Shown here piece by piece: positions 49,591-58,218 of a stretch of DNA of 64,000 nt. The translations under genes and the position numbers were made by a program. The notes under the pieces were generated by a model that saw nothing but the letters and a program-made list of their open reading frames with translations, did no database searches and was not told where the DNA came from. Position 1 is the first letter of the stretch. Every line of letters starts with the position of its first letter. This DNA is from Pseudonocardiaceae bacterium (lineage in GTDB: Bacteria > Actinomycetota > Actinomycetes > Mycobacteriales > Pseudonocardiaceae), in the NCBI GenBank assembly GCA_035276605.1, contig DATELN010000126.1, forward strand, positions 641 to 64,640, in the 5' to 3' direction.

Positions 49591-50181
49591 GTGGTGGCGA
49601 AGCAGGCATCGAGTGATCCGACCGATCCTCGGGTGACCCGATCGCGGCGAGTGATCATCGAAGCCGCGGTCGCGCTCCTGGTGGAGGGCGGCTTCGGAGC
49701 CGCCACGGTGGAGGCCATCTCGGCTCGTTCCGGCGTCGCCAAGACCACCATCTACCGGCACTGGCCGGACAAGGACGCCGTGCTGCGCTCAGCCGTGGAG
49801 TCGATCGTGCCCATCGCGACCGCACCGGACACCGGAAGCCTGCGCGGCGATCTGACCCACTTCGCCGAGGACCTGGCTCGGATTCTGACCACCCCGCCGA
49901 CATCGGCATTGATCCCCGGGTTGGTGGCCGCCGCCGAGCACGACCCGGGCCTAGGCCGGCTGCTCGCCGAATTCACCGCCGGTCGGCGCCGACCCGTGCA
50001 CGACGCAGTGATCCGGGCTGTGAATCGCGGCGAGATCAGCGCAGGCAGTAACCCCGAAGCGGCCGCGGAGCTGTTGCTGGGGCCGCTGTTTTACCGACGG
50101 CTGCTGTCGCGCATGCCGCTCACCGCGGGGATGATCGAGCACACCGTCGAGGCTGTCGAGGGCATGCTGGCTGCGAAATAG
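49591..50181 (+). CDS. TetR-family transcription regulator
   Basis: ATVEAISARSGVAKTTIYRHW. Confidence 0.9.
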   Translation: MVAKQASSDPTDPRVTRSRRVIIEAAVALLVEGGFGAATVEAISARSGVAKTTIYRHWPDKDAVLRSAVESIVPIATAPDTGSLRGDLTHFAEDLARILTTPPTSALIPGLVAAAEHDPGLGRLLAEFTAGRRRPVHDAVIRAVNRGEISAGSNPEAAAELLLGPLFYRRLLSRMPLTAGMIEHTVEAVEGMLAAK

Positions 50182-50204
50182 GGCTGATCTACCGACCCGG
50201 CTAG

Positions 50205-50873
50205 TCACGGCAGGCCAGTGACCCGGATGCCGGCGTGCGTCCGGTAGCGGCGATTGACCGCAATCAGGTTGGCGGTCAGCGCCTCCACCTGGCTGGCATT
50301 GCGCAGCCGTCCACCGTAGACGCCGCGTACCCCCGGGATCGCGTCGGCCAGCGCCCGCACCTGGTCGACGGCCGCCCGATCATCGCCCAGCACCAGCACG
50401 TCGCAGTCCACTTGGGCAATCGACAGGTCAGCCAGGATTACCGCCGACACGTGGTGAAACGCCGCGGTCACCCGCGAGTCGGGCAGTAGCACCGCGGCCC
50501 GTTGCGCGGCGCTGCCTTCGGCGACCTCCAGCGGGTACGGTCCGCGCTGGTCGAAGCCCAGCGGGTTGACGCAGTCGATGACGATCTTGCCGGTGAGTGG
50601 TTTGCGCAGTGACCTGAGCAGCGTGTCGTGCCCGTCCCACGGCACCGCAACCAGCACGATATCCGCGGCTGTCGCGCACCCGGCGTTGTCCGTCCCGGTG
50701 ACCGTATCCGTGCCGACTCGTTCGGCCAGTTCCCGGGCGGCCTTCTCGGCCCGCCCAGCGTCCCTGGACCCGATGATCACCCGAAGCCCGGCGACGGCCC
50801 AGCGAAGGGCGAGACCATTGCCCTGCGGCCCGGTGCCGCCCAGCACACCAATGGATACCTTGTCGTCGCTCAT
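50205..50873 (-). CDS. NADPH-dependent F420 reductase (Npd/FNO-like)
   Basis: IGVLGGTGPQGNGLALRWAVAGLRVIIGSR. Confidence 0.8.
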   Translation of the reverse strand: MSDDKVSIGVLGGTGPQGNGLALRWAVAGLRVIIGSRDAGRAEKAARELAERVGTDTVTGTDNAGCATAADIVLVAVPWDGHDTLLRSLRKPLTGKIVIDCVNPLGFDQRGPYPLEVAEGSAAQRAAVLLPDSRVTAAFHHVSAVILADLSIAQVDCDVLVLGDDRAAVDQVRALADAIPGVRGVYGGRLRNASQVEALTANLIAVNRRYRTHAGIRVTGLP

Positions 50874-51745
50874 GAACTGTCCAAAGTCGCCTGGTAGAGG
50901 TCACGTTTAGGAACGCCATACGCGGTCGCCACGTCCGCTACCGCCTCCTTGAGTCGCTGCCCGGCCGCTACCCGCTGGCTGACCTCGCCAACCAGGTCGG
51001 CCACCTCCGGTAGCCTGGGCGCCGGCGCGCCCGCCAGGACCACGGTGATCTCACCGCGCACCCCGCCGGCGGCCCACTCGGCAAGCGCGGCCAACCCACC
51101 ACGGCGGATCTCCTCGTAAGGCTTGGTGAGCTCCCGGCACACCGCCGCGCCGCGGTTGGCCCCGAGTACCTCCGCGGCCTCAGCCAGCGTGGCCGCCAAC
51201 CGATGTGGCGACTCAAAGAACACGCAGGTGCGCTGCTCCGCGGCCAGGCCAGCCAACCATCGCCGGCGCGCACCGTCGCGGCGCGGCGGGAAACCCTCGA
51301 AGCAGAACCGGTCGCAAGGCAACCCGGACACGGCCAGCGCGGTGGTCACCGCCGATGGTCCGGGCAGGCAAGTCACCCGCAACCCTTCCTGCACGCACGC
51401 GGTCACCAGCCGGAAACCCGGATCGGACACCGCCGGCATCCCGGCATCAGTCACCATCAGCACCGTCGCGCCACCACGGATGGCCGCCAGCAACACGGGG
51501 ACCCGGGCCGCCTCCACCGCGTCGTAGTGGGAGACGATCCGGCCGCTCACGGTCACCTGCAACGCCGCGGCGAGTGCCCGCAACCGGCGGGTGTCCTCCG
51601 CGGCCACCATGTCCGCACTACCCAATGCCGCCACCAAACGCGGTGAGGCGTCCCGCGCGTCCCCGAGGGGGGTGGCGGCCAGCACCAGCGCCCCACCAGC
51701 TGGTGATCCAGAGCCGGAGACAGCAGAGTCTGGGTTGCGGGGCAC
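50870..51745 (-). CDS. rsmI: 16S rRNA (cytidine1402-2'-O)-methyltransferase
   Basis: LVLAATPLGDARDASPRLVAALGSADMVAAEDTRR, CLPGPSAVTTAL. The start is uncertain: GTG 51745 or GTG 51685. Confidence 0.85.
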   Translation of the reverse strand: MPRNPDSAVSGSGSPAGGALVLAATPLGDARDASPRLVAALGSADMVAAEDTRRLRALAAALQVTVSGRIVSHYDAVEAARVPVLLAAIRGGATVLMVTDAGMPAVSDPGFRLVTACVQEGLRVTCLPGPSAVTTALAVSGLPCDRFCFEGFPPRRDGARRRWLAGLAAEQRTCVFFESPHRLAATLAEAAEVLGANRGAAVCRELTKPYEEIRRGGLAALAEWAAGGVRGEITVVLAGAPAPRLPEVADLVGEVSQRVAAGQRLKEAVADVATAYGVPKRDLYQATLDSS

Positions 51746-51770
51746 GCGCCCGAGCCTACGATCGTCTCCC

Positions 51771-53321
51771 GTGACGGTGGTCCGGGAGGCGAGTGCCGGC
51801 GCCTCCGTGGCGCCGGCCAGTCCGGACGGTCGCCTCCTGCGGCTGGTACCGCCGCCACTGACCGACCGGCTGCGTAGCTGGGTCGTCACGCTGAGCCTGA
51901 CGCTGATCGCCGGCCTGGTGCGGCTGTGGAACCTGGGCTATCCCACCGATCGTGGGACGCCGGTGTTCGACGAGAAGCACTATGCGCCCCAGGCCTGGCA
52001 GATGCTGCGCAACGGTGGCGTGGAGGACAACCCGGGCTACGAGTTGGTCGTGCACCCGCCGCTGGGCAAGCAGCTCATCGCGCTGGGCGAGGCGGTGATG
52101 GGCTATGACAGCTGGGGATGGCGACTATCGGCCGCGCTGGCAGGCACGGTCTGCGTGCTGCTGATCGTGCGGATCGTGCGGCGGATGACCCGATCGACCC
52201 TGCTCGGCGGGATCGCCGGGGTTTTGCTCATCGCCGATGGTGTCAGCCAGGTGCAGTCCCGCATCGGGATGCTCGACATCTTCCTCGCGATGTTCGTGCT
52301 CGCCGCGTTCGGCTGCTTGATCGTGGATCGGGAACAGGTGCACCAGCGACTGGCCACGGTGGTCCGGGAAGGCCGCATCGCCGACACCGCCTTCGGTCCG
52401 CGGTTGGGCGTGCGCTGGTGGCGCTTCGGCGCTGGGGTGCTGCTTGGGCTGGCAGGCGGGACGAAGTGGTCCGGGGTGTACTACCTCGTCGCCTTCATGG
52501 TGCTGAGCGTGGTGTGGGACGCCTGCGCGCGGCGCAGTGCGGGGGTGCACCGGCCCTGGGCCGGCGCGTTGGCCCGGGATGGCGGGCCAGCGTCGTGGGC
52601 GTTGGCAGTGGTGCCCGTCGGCGCCTACCTGGCGACCTGGTGGGCGTGGTTCAGCAGCGAAACCGGGATCGATCGGCACGCGGTCGGCCACCAGATCGGT
52701 GCCGGCGGACTGTTTTCCTTCGTCCCAGACGCGCTGCGTGGGCTGTGGTATTACAGCGCCGCTGTGCTGCGCTTCCACGAGCACCTGTTCACGCCTGCCC
52801 ACCCGCACCCGTGGGAGTCCAAACCGTGGAGCTGGCCAATGGGGCTGCGGCCGATGCTCTACTACTACCAGTCCGGGGCAGGTGCGCCCGGCTGCGGGCG
52901 GCAAGACTGCGTGGCGACCGTGATGCTCATCGGCACGCCGGCACTGTGGTGGCTGACCCCGGCCGTGCTGGCGTGGGCACTGTGGCGGGCCGCCAGCGGA
53001 CCTGACTGGCGCTACGCCGCCGCGTTAACCGGCTACGCCGCCGGCTGGCTGCCTTGGTTTTCCAACATTCACCGCCAGATGTACTTCTTCTATATGACGC
53101 CGGTGGCGCCGTTTCTGGTGATCGCGATGACCCTGGTGCTCGGCGAGATTCTCGGTCGGGCCGCGGACGGTGCCGAGCGGCGTGGGACCGGGCTGCTGGT
53201 GATTTCGCTATATGTGGGGCTGGTGGTGGCCAACTTCGCCTGGCTGTGGCCGATCCTCACCGGTGAGTCGATCACCCCGGAGCACTGGAACGCCGAGTTG
53301 TGGCTGCCGTCCTGGCGCTGA
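51771..53321 (+). CDS. pmt: protein O-mannosyltransferase (PMT family; Rv1002c-like)
   Basis: PVFDEKHYAPQAW; polytopic. The GTG is at 51771. Confidence 0.85.
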   Translation: MTVVREASAGASVAPASPDGRLLRLVPPPLTDRLRSWVVTLSLTLIAGLVRLWNLGYPTDRGTPVFDEKHYAPQAWQMLRNGGVEDNPGYELVVHPPLGKQLIALGEAVMGYDSWGWRLSAALAGTVCVLLIVRIVRRMTRSTLLGGIAGVLLIADGVSQVQSRIGMLDIFLAMFVLAAFGCLIVDREQVHQRLATVVREGRIADTAFGPRLGVRWWRFGAGVLLGLAGGTKWSGVYYLVAFMVLSVVWDACARRSAGVHRPWAGALARDGGPASWALAVVPVGAYLATWWAWFSSETGIDRHAVGHQIGAGGLFSFVPDALRGLWYYSAAVLRFHEHLFTPAHPHPWESKPWSWPMGLRPMLYYYQSGAGAPGCGRQDCVATVMLIGTPALWWLTPAVLAWALWRAASGPDWRYAAALTGYAAGWLPWFSNIHRQMYFFYMTPVAPFLVIAMTLVLGEILGRAADGAERRGTGLLVISLYVGLVVANFAWLWPILTGESITPEHWNAELWLPSWR

Positions 53322-53328
53322 GCGGTAC

Positions 53329-53820
53329 TCAGCTGGCCAGCAAGATCTCCCCGTCCGACACCGTGATCTCACGCGCCGCGAGCGATCGCGGCGCGGGGCC
53401 GTTGACGACCGAGCCATCTGCGATGGCGTATTTGCTGCCGTGGCATGGGCAGTCAATCGTGCCGCCAGCGACCTTGTTCACCGTGCAGCCCTGATGGGTG
53501 CAGATTGCCGAAAACGCCTTGAACGTGCCCGACGTCGGCTGGGTCACCACCACCTTGTCGCCGGGGAACACTTTGCCACCACCGACGGGGATGTCACTGG
53601 TGGACGCCAACCGCTCACCGGTAGGTGCGGCGGAACTCGAGGTCGTCGGCGGCTGCTGCGTAGCGGCGCCCGGCGCTGCCGGGGCCTGTGGCGCTGGCGC
53701 CGCACCCTGGCTCCGGTTGCTGGTGCACGCGGCGAGTGCAGCCGACACCGCCAGGATCCCGGAACCAGCCACGATGGCGCGCCGGGTAAGTTGGGATCCG
53801 GGTCGGGGAATGCGGAACAT
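53329..53820 (-). CDS. exported Rieske [2Fe-2S] protein (Tat signal plus lipobox)
   Basis: TRRAIVAGSG...LAAC; CTHQGC...CPCHGS. Confidence 0.8.
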   Translation of the reverse strand: MFRIPRPGSQLTRRAIVAGSGILAVSAALAACTSNRSQGAAPAPQAPAAPGAATQQPPTTSSSAAPTGERLASTSDIPVGGGKVFPGDKVVVTQPTSGTFKAFSAICTHQGCTVNKVAGGTIDCPCHGSKYAIADGSVVNGPAPRSLAAREITVSDGEILLAS

Positions 53821-54024
53821 CATCACTCCTTGCCAGTGGAGGGTGCAGGTCACCCAGGTTAGGAATACTGCCCCCGAACCGGGTGAATGCTATCACCGGT
53901 TGTGATGATTTAGATTGATCTTAACTCGATTGATAGACGCCCTTGAAGGTGGCGGGCCCGCGCGTCCCCGGGCCGCCGAACCGCTTCCCGTCCCGGAACG
54001 AACGTTTCGCGTAGGGAGGTCTTT

Positions 54025-54330
54025 ATGAGCAACCCAGCCCACCACGCCTCCGGCCGGCCGCGGGCAGCTCAGCCACAAAATCGGTACTCCGATCTCGCCC
54101 CCCAACATCTCCACTGGGCAGACAATGGACGGACCAAGCCCGTGCGGCGCAGCGTCGACCTGTCCCCGACCTACCACGCCCAGCTGACCCAGTGGTGCGT
54201 CGAGGCCGCGCAGATCATCGGCACCCCCCGGGTAACCGGCCAGGACGTCATCCGTGCGCTGGTCGCTCGGCTGCTGATGGACGAGTCGCTGGCCCGCCGG
54301 ATCCGCGACGACCTCAGCATGAATCTGTAG
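54025..54330 (+). CDS. hypothetical 101-aa protein, possibly ribbon-helix-helix-like
   Basis: GGGAGG RBS. The C-terminal half is amphipathic-helical (VTGQDVIRALVARLLMDESLARRIRDDL). Confidence 0.45.
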   Translation: MSNPAHHASGRPRAAQPQNRYSDLAPQHLHWADNGRTKPVRRSVDLSPTYHAQLTQWCVEAAQIIGTPRVTGQDVIRALVARLLMDESLARRIRDDLSMNL

Positions 54331-54393
54331 ACGCTTCGCCAATCGCCCTGATCCGCGCCGCTATGGTGCACCGTCGACGACGGGAGGGCTCGG

Positions 54394-54741
54394 GTGCACG
54401 GCGGATTTCTGGTAGACGTGGGCGCGCTGGGCCAACTCATCAGCGCGCTGTCTGAGGCCGCGGAACGGATGCATAGCGCTACCGACCGGTTGCGCGCCGC
54501 GTCGGCGGCCGAGCTGGGGAGCGGCGACCTCGACCATGCCGCCGCAGACTTCCAGAGCCGGTGGGACTACGGCATCGGGAAGGTCAGCCAGGCGTCGGAG
54601 AAGATGACCGACTCGCTGCGCGAGGCCGCAGCCCTCTACGAGCAAACCGATCAGACCGTCGCGGCCCTGTTCCGCACGCCCAGCCCGGCCGCACACGTTT
54701 CCCCGATTAGCCGGGCCCTCGATGCTGGGATGGCCCAGTGA
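54394..54741 (+). CDS. small helical WXG100/EspC-like protein
   Basis: The GTG start follows GGGAGGG. A 115-aa two-helix pattern is present, with ...FQSRWDYG... and ...YEQTDQTVAALF. Confidence 0.5.
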   Translation: MHGGFLVDVGALGQLISALSEAAERMHSATDRLRAASAAELGSGDLDHAAADFQSRWDYGIGKVSQASEKMTDSLREAAALYEQTDQTVAALFRTPSPAAHVSPISRALDAGMAQ

Positions 54742-56087
54742 GCACCGCGACGGTGCGTGCGTATCCCGCTCTGGGCTTCGATCCGGCGCCGGGCGCGACG
54801 GAACGGGTCGGCGCGCTCGCGACCGATCTCGGATCGGTGGCCAGCGAACTCGGTGCCGCCCGCCAGGCGCTGATGGGGATTGGTCGCAGCGGCGGTATCT
54901 GGCAGGGTGACGCTGCGGAGGCCTTCCACCGCAAGCTCGGCGAGCTGCCGGACTACCTGGACAAGGCCAACGGCTCGCTGGGTGACGCCGCGCGAACCCT
55001 AGACCAGTGGGCTGCCGACTTGACGTCGATGCAGGTCACGGCCGCCCAGTACGAAGCCGAAGCGGCGCAGATGCTGCAACGGCTGCGCGCCGCCCAGCCC
55101 AATCCCGACCTCGCCCTGGCCGGCCAGACATTCCCCGACGAGGCCTCCCTGGCCCAGGCGCAGGCCCGTTATGACGCCGCCACCGCCGAGCTGAATATCG
55201 CGTCGAAGGAGCTTGATGCCATCCGGGATCTGGCGCGGCGCCTGCTCACCCAGCACGACGAGCTGGTCAGCGAGGTCGCTGCCGCACTGCGGCGGGCCAA
55301 AGACGAGGCCCCGAAGGAACCGGGCTTGCTTGACCGGCTGGTCAGCGGATTCGTCGACGGCCTCACCAAACTCGCCTCGGCCGCGTGGCAGTGGGTCCAA
55401 GACCACGCCGACCTGATCGCCCAGTTCGGCGACATCACCAGCAAGCTCAGCACCGCGCTGGGCGTGCTGGCCATTGTCACCGCCCCCTTCGAGCCGGTCG
55501 GCGCGATCGTCGCGTGCGCTGCTGCCGGAACCGCCCTGATGGCGTTAGGCGCGCGCGGCCTGGCCAAGGCAGCCGGCGCGAAACTGGGATGGGGCTCGAT
55601 CGCTGGCGACGCACTGGGAGCACTGCCATTCATCGGCGGTATCGGCCGGGGCGCGAAGGTCGTCAGCGGTGCTGAGCGGGCATTGGGTGCTACCCGCGGT
55701 GAGGTGCTTAGCTACGCCGCCTCCCGGGCATCGAAACTTGGTGCGCAGGCCGTCGAGGTCACCGGACGGCACGCAACCCGCACCATCGCCGTGATCAAGG
55801 GCGAGGGCGTGTTAGGGCGTCTTGACGCCGGGATGGAGGCGGCCTACCAGGACGTGCGGGGAGGCGAACTGATCGGCACCAAGGGGCTGAACAAGGCCAT
55901 CGAGAAGCTGGGCGGCACGGGCGGGATCGATCCGCTCTCAGCCGGCGGCCGGGCGGTGGATGCCACGATCAAGTCCGGCCACGCAGTCGCCAAGGAGGTA
56001 TACCACCATCTTGCCGGTCCGGATGGCCCGCCGGCCCTGGCATCGCAGACGTTCTGCTCGCGGGTAGCGGCTCGAGGTGTGACATGA
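54738..56087 (+). CDS. protein with an N-terminal T7SS-signal/WXG-like domain and a C-terminal glycine-zipper membrane region
   Basis: YPALGFDPAPGA...GIWQGDAAEAF, then a coiled coil, then ALGVLAIVTAPFEPVGAIVACAAAGTALMALGA and GSIAGDALGALPFIGGIG. GTGA overlap with the upstream gene. Confidence 0.55.
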   Translation: MSTATVRAYPALGFDPAPGATERVGALATDLGSVASELGAARQALMGIGRSGGIWQGDAAEAFHRKLGELPDYLDKANGSLGDAARTLDQWAADLTSMQVTAAQYEAEAAQMLQRLRAAQPNPDLALAGQTFPDEASLAQAQARYDAATAELNIASKELDAIRDLARRLLTQHDELVSEVAAALRRAKDEAPKEPGLLDRLVSGFVDGLTKLASAAWQWVQDHADLIAQFGDITSKLSTALGVLAIVTAPFEPVGAIVACAAAGTALMALGARGLAKAAGAKLGWGSIAGDALGALPFIGGIGRGAKVVSGAERALGATRGEVLSYAASRASKLGAQAVEVTGRHATRTIAVIKGEGVLGRLDAGMEAAYQDVRGGELIGTKGLNKAIEKLGGTGGIDPLSAGGRAVDATIKSGHAVAKEVYHHLAGPDGPPALASQTFCSRVAARGVT

Positions 56088-56662
56088 CCGGGTTCAGCAT
56101 CGAGCTGCCGGAAGGCTTCATCGAGCTCCCTGCCGCCCCGGCGACCGCAGAGGTGCAGCACAAGCTGGAAAAGCTGCTCGGCCTGCCGGCGGGCGATACC
56201 AGCGCCGCAGAAGTCGCGAAGTCGCTGTCCGTGCTGGGTGCGCTCGCTGCCGACAGCGGCGCGCAATACTCCTCGATCGGTTTGTTCCGCTCCCCCGACG
56301 ATCTGCAACGCCCGGTCAGCGTGGTGCTCACCGCAAGCCGGATGACCTCAGAACACGACGACGCCAGCACGGTGATCACTGGGCTGCGTGAGGTTTACGC
56401 CGCAGATCTCGATACCGACACCGAGGTACTCCAGCTGCCGGCCGGTCAGGCCCTGGCCACGATCCGCGAACAACCGTTGATGCTCCAAGTCGACGGCGTT
56501 GCCCCGGTAGCGCTGCTTCAACGTCAAGTAGTCGTCTGGATCCCAGATCGCGCCGGGTCCGCGGTGGCCGTCGTCGGCGTTGCGTCGAACTGCTGGCAGG
56601 ACTGGCCGCACGTGTGCGATCTCGCGCTGGACTTGTTCGAGTCCGTCTCCTGGACGCCTTAG
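56084..56662 (+). CDS. hypothetical 192-aa soluble protein coupled to the preceding gene (candidate chaperone or immunity protein)
   Basis: ATGA overlap with the upstream gene. N-terminus FSIELPEGFIELP. Confidence 0.5.
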   Translation: MTGFSIELPEGFIELPAAPATAEVQHKLEKLLGLPAGDTSAAEVAKSLSVLGALAADSGAQYSSIGLFRSPDDLQRPVSVVLTASRMTSEHDDASTVITGLREVYAADLDTDTEVLQLPAGQALATIREQPLMLQVDGVAPVALLQRQVVVWIPDRAGSAVAVVGVASNCWQDWPHVCDLALDLFESVSWTP

Positions 56663-57390
56663 GACTCGTGTTCGGCTAGCGCGTTATCGGGGCGGTAGCA
56701 CGGTGTCGGGTTACCGAGCCGCACCGTCGGCCCAGCCGGAATCGGCCCGGGCGCGGCAGCGTAGGCGGTTTCCAACTCGCGCTGCATCCGGCGCAGTCCC
56801 ACGTGGCGGCGGGGATTTCGGGACGCGCGCTCGCCGCTGACTACGGTGGCCAAGATCAGCCAAGCCAGCACCGGGGCGACCGCCGCCCGGCTCGGTACGT
56901 CCAGATCCGCGGTGGCGAGGAAGGCACCGAACAGCAGCGCGAGGCCGGCCGAGGCGCTTAGCGCCAAGGACCAGTTGAGCATGGACGCGCGCATGCCGCC
57001 CGACTGGTCGAAGGCCAGTTCCGCGCGCACCAGCCACAACCGTCGTAGCCGCGCATCCGGCGGTACTTCAGCGCTGGGGGCGCCAGGACGCGGGCCCAGC
57101 CGTGGCCGGCGTGGCAGGACATCCGGCAGCTGCGCCCAGGCGTGCTGCGGTAGCCAGCCGGCGCCGTGGCTCGGTTCCCAGTCCAAGCTCGACACGCCTT
57201 GGTTGCCACGCCGGCGCAGCAGGAGCTTGGCGCCGCCGAGGCAGGCCAGCGTGATCGTCCCGAGGATGGCGGCCGTGAGCATCGCCGGGAGGCGATCTGA
57301 ATAGGTCACGGCCTGCCCGGCGGACATCCCGGTCAAGCCCGACCCGACCACCCCGGCGACCACCAGTACCCACCCCAGGCCACGTTGCAC
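56659..57390 (-). CDS. integral membrane protein (about 4 TM)
   Basis: Hydrophobic segments are present. It is convergent with, and overlaps by 4 nt, the preceding operon. Confidence 0.5.
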   Translation of the reverse strand: MQRGLGWVLVVAGVVGSGLTGMSAGQAVTYSDRLPAMLTAAILGTITLACLGGAKLLLRRRGNQGVSSLDWEPSHGAGWLPQHAWAQLPDVLPRRPRLGPRPGAPSAEVPPDARLRRLWLVRAELAFDQSGGMRASMLNWSLALSASAGLALLFGAFLATADLDVPSRAAVAPVLAWLILATVVSGERASRNPRRHVGLRRMQRELETAYAAAPGPIPAGPTVRLGNPTPCYRPDNALAEHES

Positions 57391-57402
57391 GCCGGTGCCC
57401 CC

Positions 57403-58110
57403 TCACTGCGCGTTGCGGCCTCCCAGCTGCGCGTGGAGGAAACCTACCGTCGCGTCCCACGCCTTGGCGGCCTGGTCCGGGTCGTAGGTGCCGAGCAGGT
57501 TCTCGTCGTTGAAGAAGGCGTGTCCGGCCGGGTAGAAGCGGAAGTCAGGTCGCCGCCCGGTCTGCTGTTCGATGCTCGCCGCCAGCTCGCGAACCTGTTC
57601 GGGACCCTGAAAGTCGTCTTGCTCCCCGAAGTGACCCAACACCGCGGCGGAGAGGTTCTCGAAGCTGGGGTACGGCTCGCCGAGGACTGCGTAGAACGGC
57701 ACCGCGGCGCCGATCTTGTCGCCCTGCTGCGCGGCGAGTACGAGCACGAAGCCGCCACCCATGCAGAAACCAACCGCGCCGACCGTTGAGCTGGTGACTG
57801 CTTCGTGGCCAAGCAGGTAGTCCACCGCACCACCCAAGTCGCGGGCCGCCTGGTCTACCGGTAGCTGCTGCATGAGCTTGCCCGCCTCGTCGGCGTCGTG
57901 GGTGGTGGTACCGCCGTATAGATCGGGAGCCAGGGCGACGAAACCCTCGGCGGCCAGCCGGTTGGCCACATCGGCGATGTGGCTGGTCAGCCCCCACCAC
58001 TCCTGGATCACGACAACGCCCGGTCCCCGACCACCCGCAGGCAACGCCAGGTAGCCGTGCGCGGTCGCCCCATTACTCCCGAACGTCACATTCTGTACCC
58101 GATTCTCCAT
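57403..58110 (-). CDS. dienelactone hydrolase family protein
   Basis: PGVVVIQEWWGL, GFCMGGG. The ATG is at 58110. Confidence 0.85.
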   Translation of the reverse strand: MENRVQNVTFGSNGATAHGYLALPAGGRGPGVVVIQEWWGLTSHIADVANRLAAEGFVALAPDLYGGTTTHDADEAGKLMQQLPVDQAARDLGGAVDYLLGHEAVTSSTVGAVGFCMGGGFVLVLAAQQGDKIGAAVPFYAVLGEPYPSFENLSAAVLGHFGEQDDFQGPEQVRELAASIEQQTGRRPDFRFYPAGHAFFNDENLLGTYDPDQAAKAWDATVGFLHAQLGGRNAQ

Positions 58111-58176
58111 ACCCAAATCCCACCACACCTCCTCCCCCACCGCGTTCTGGATGCAGACTGCCGTTTTCGAGGTCCT

Positions 58177-58209
58177 AAAAACGGCAGTCTGCATCCAGAC
58201 TGCCGTTTT
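58177..58209 (-). terminator. intrinsic terminator downstream of the moeA-like gene
   Basis: The minus-strand RNA reads AAAACGGCAGUCU-GGAUGC-AGACUGCCGUUUUU. A third copy of the arm at 58155..58167 allows an alternative 21-bp hairpin. Confidence 0.6.
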
Positions 58210-58218
58210 GCGGGGGGC

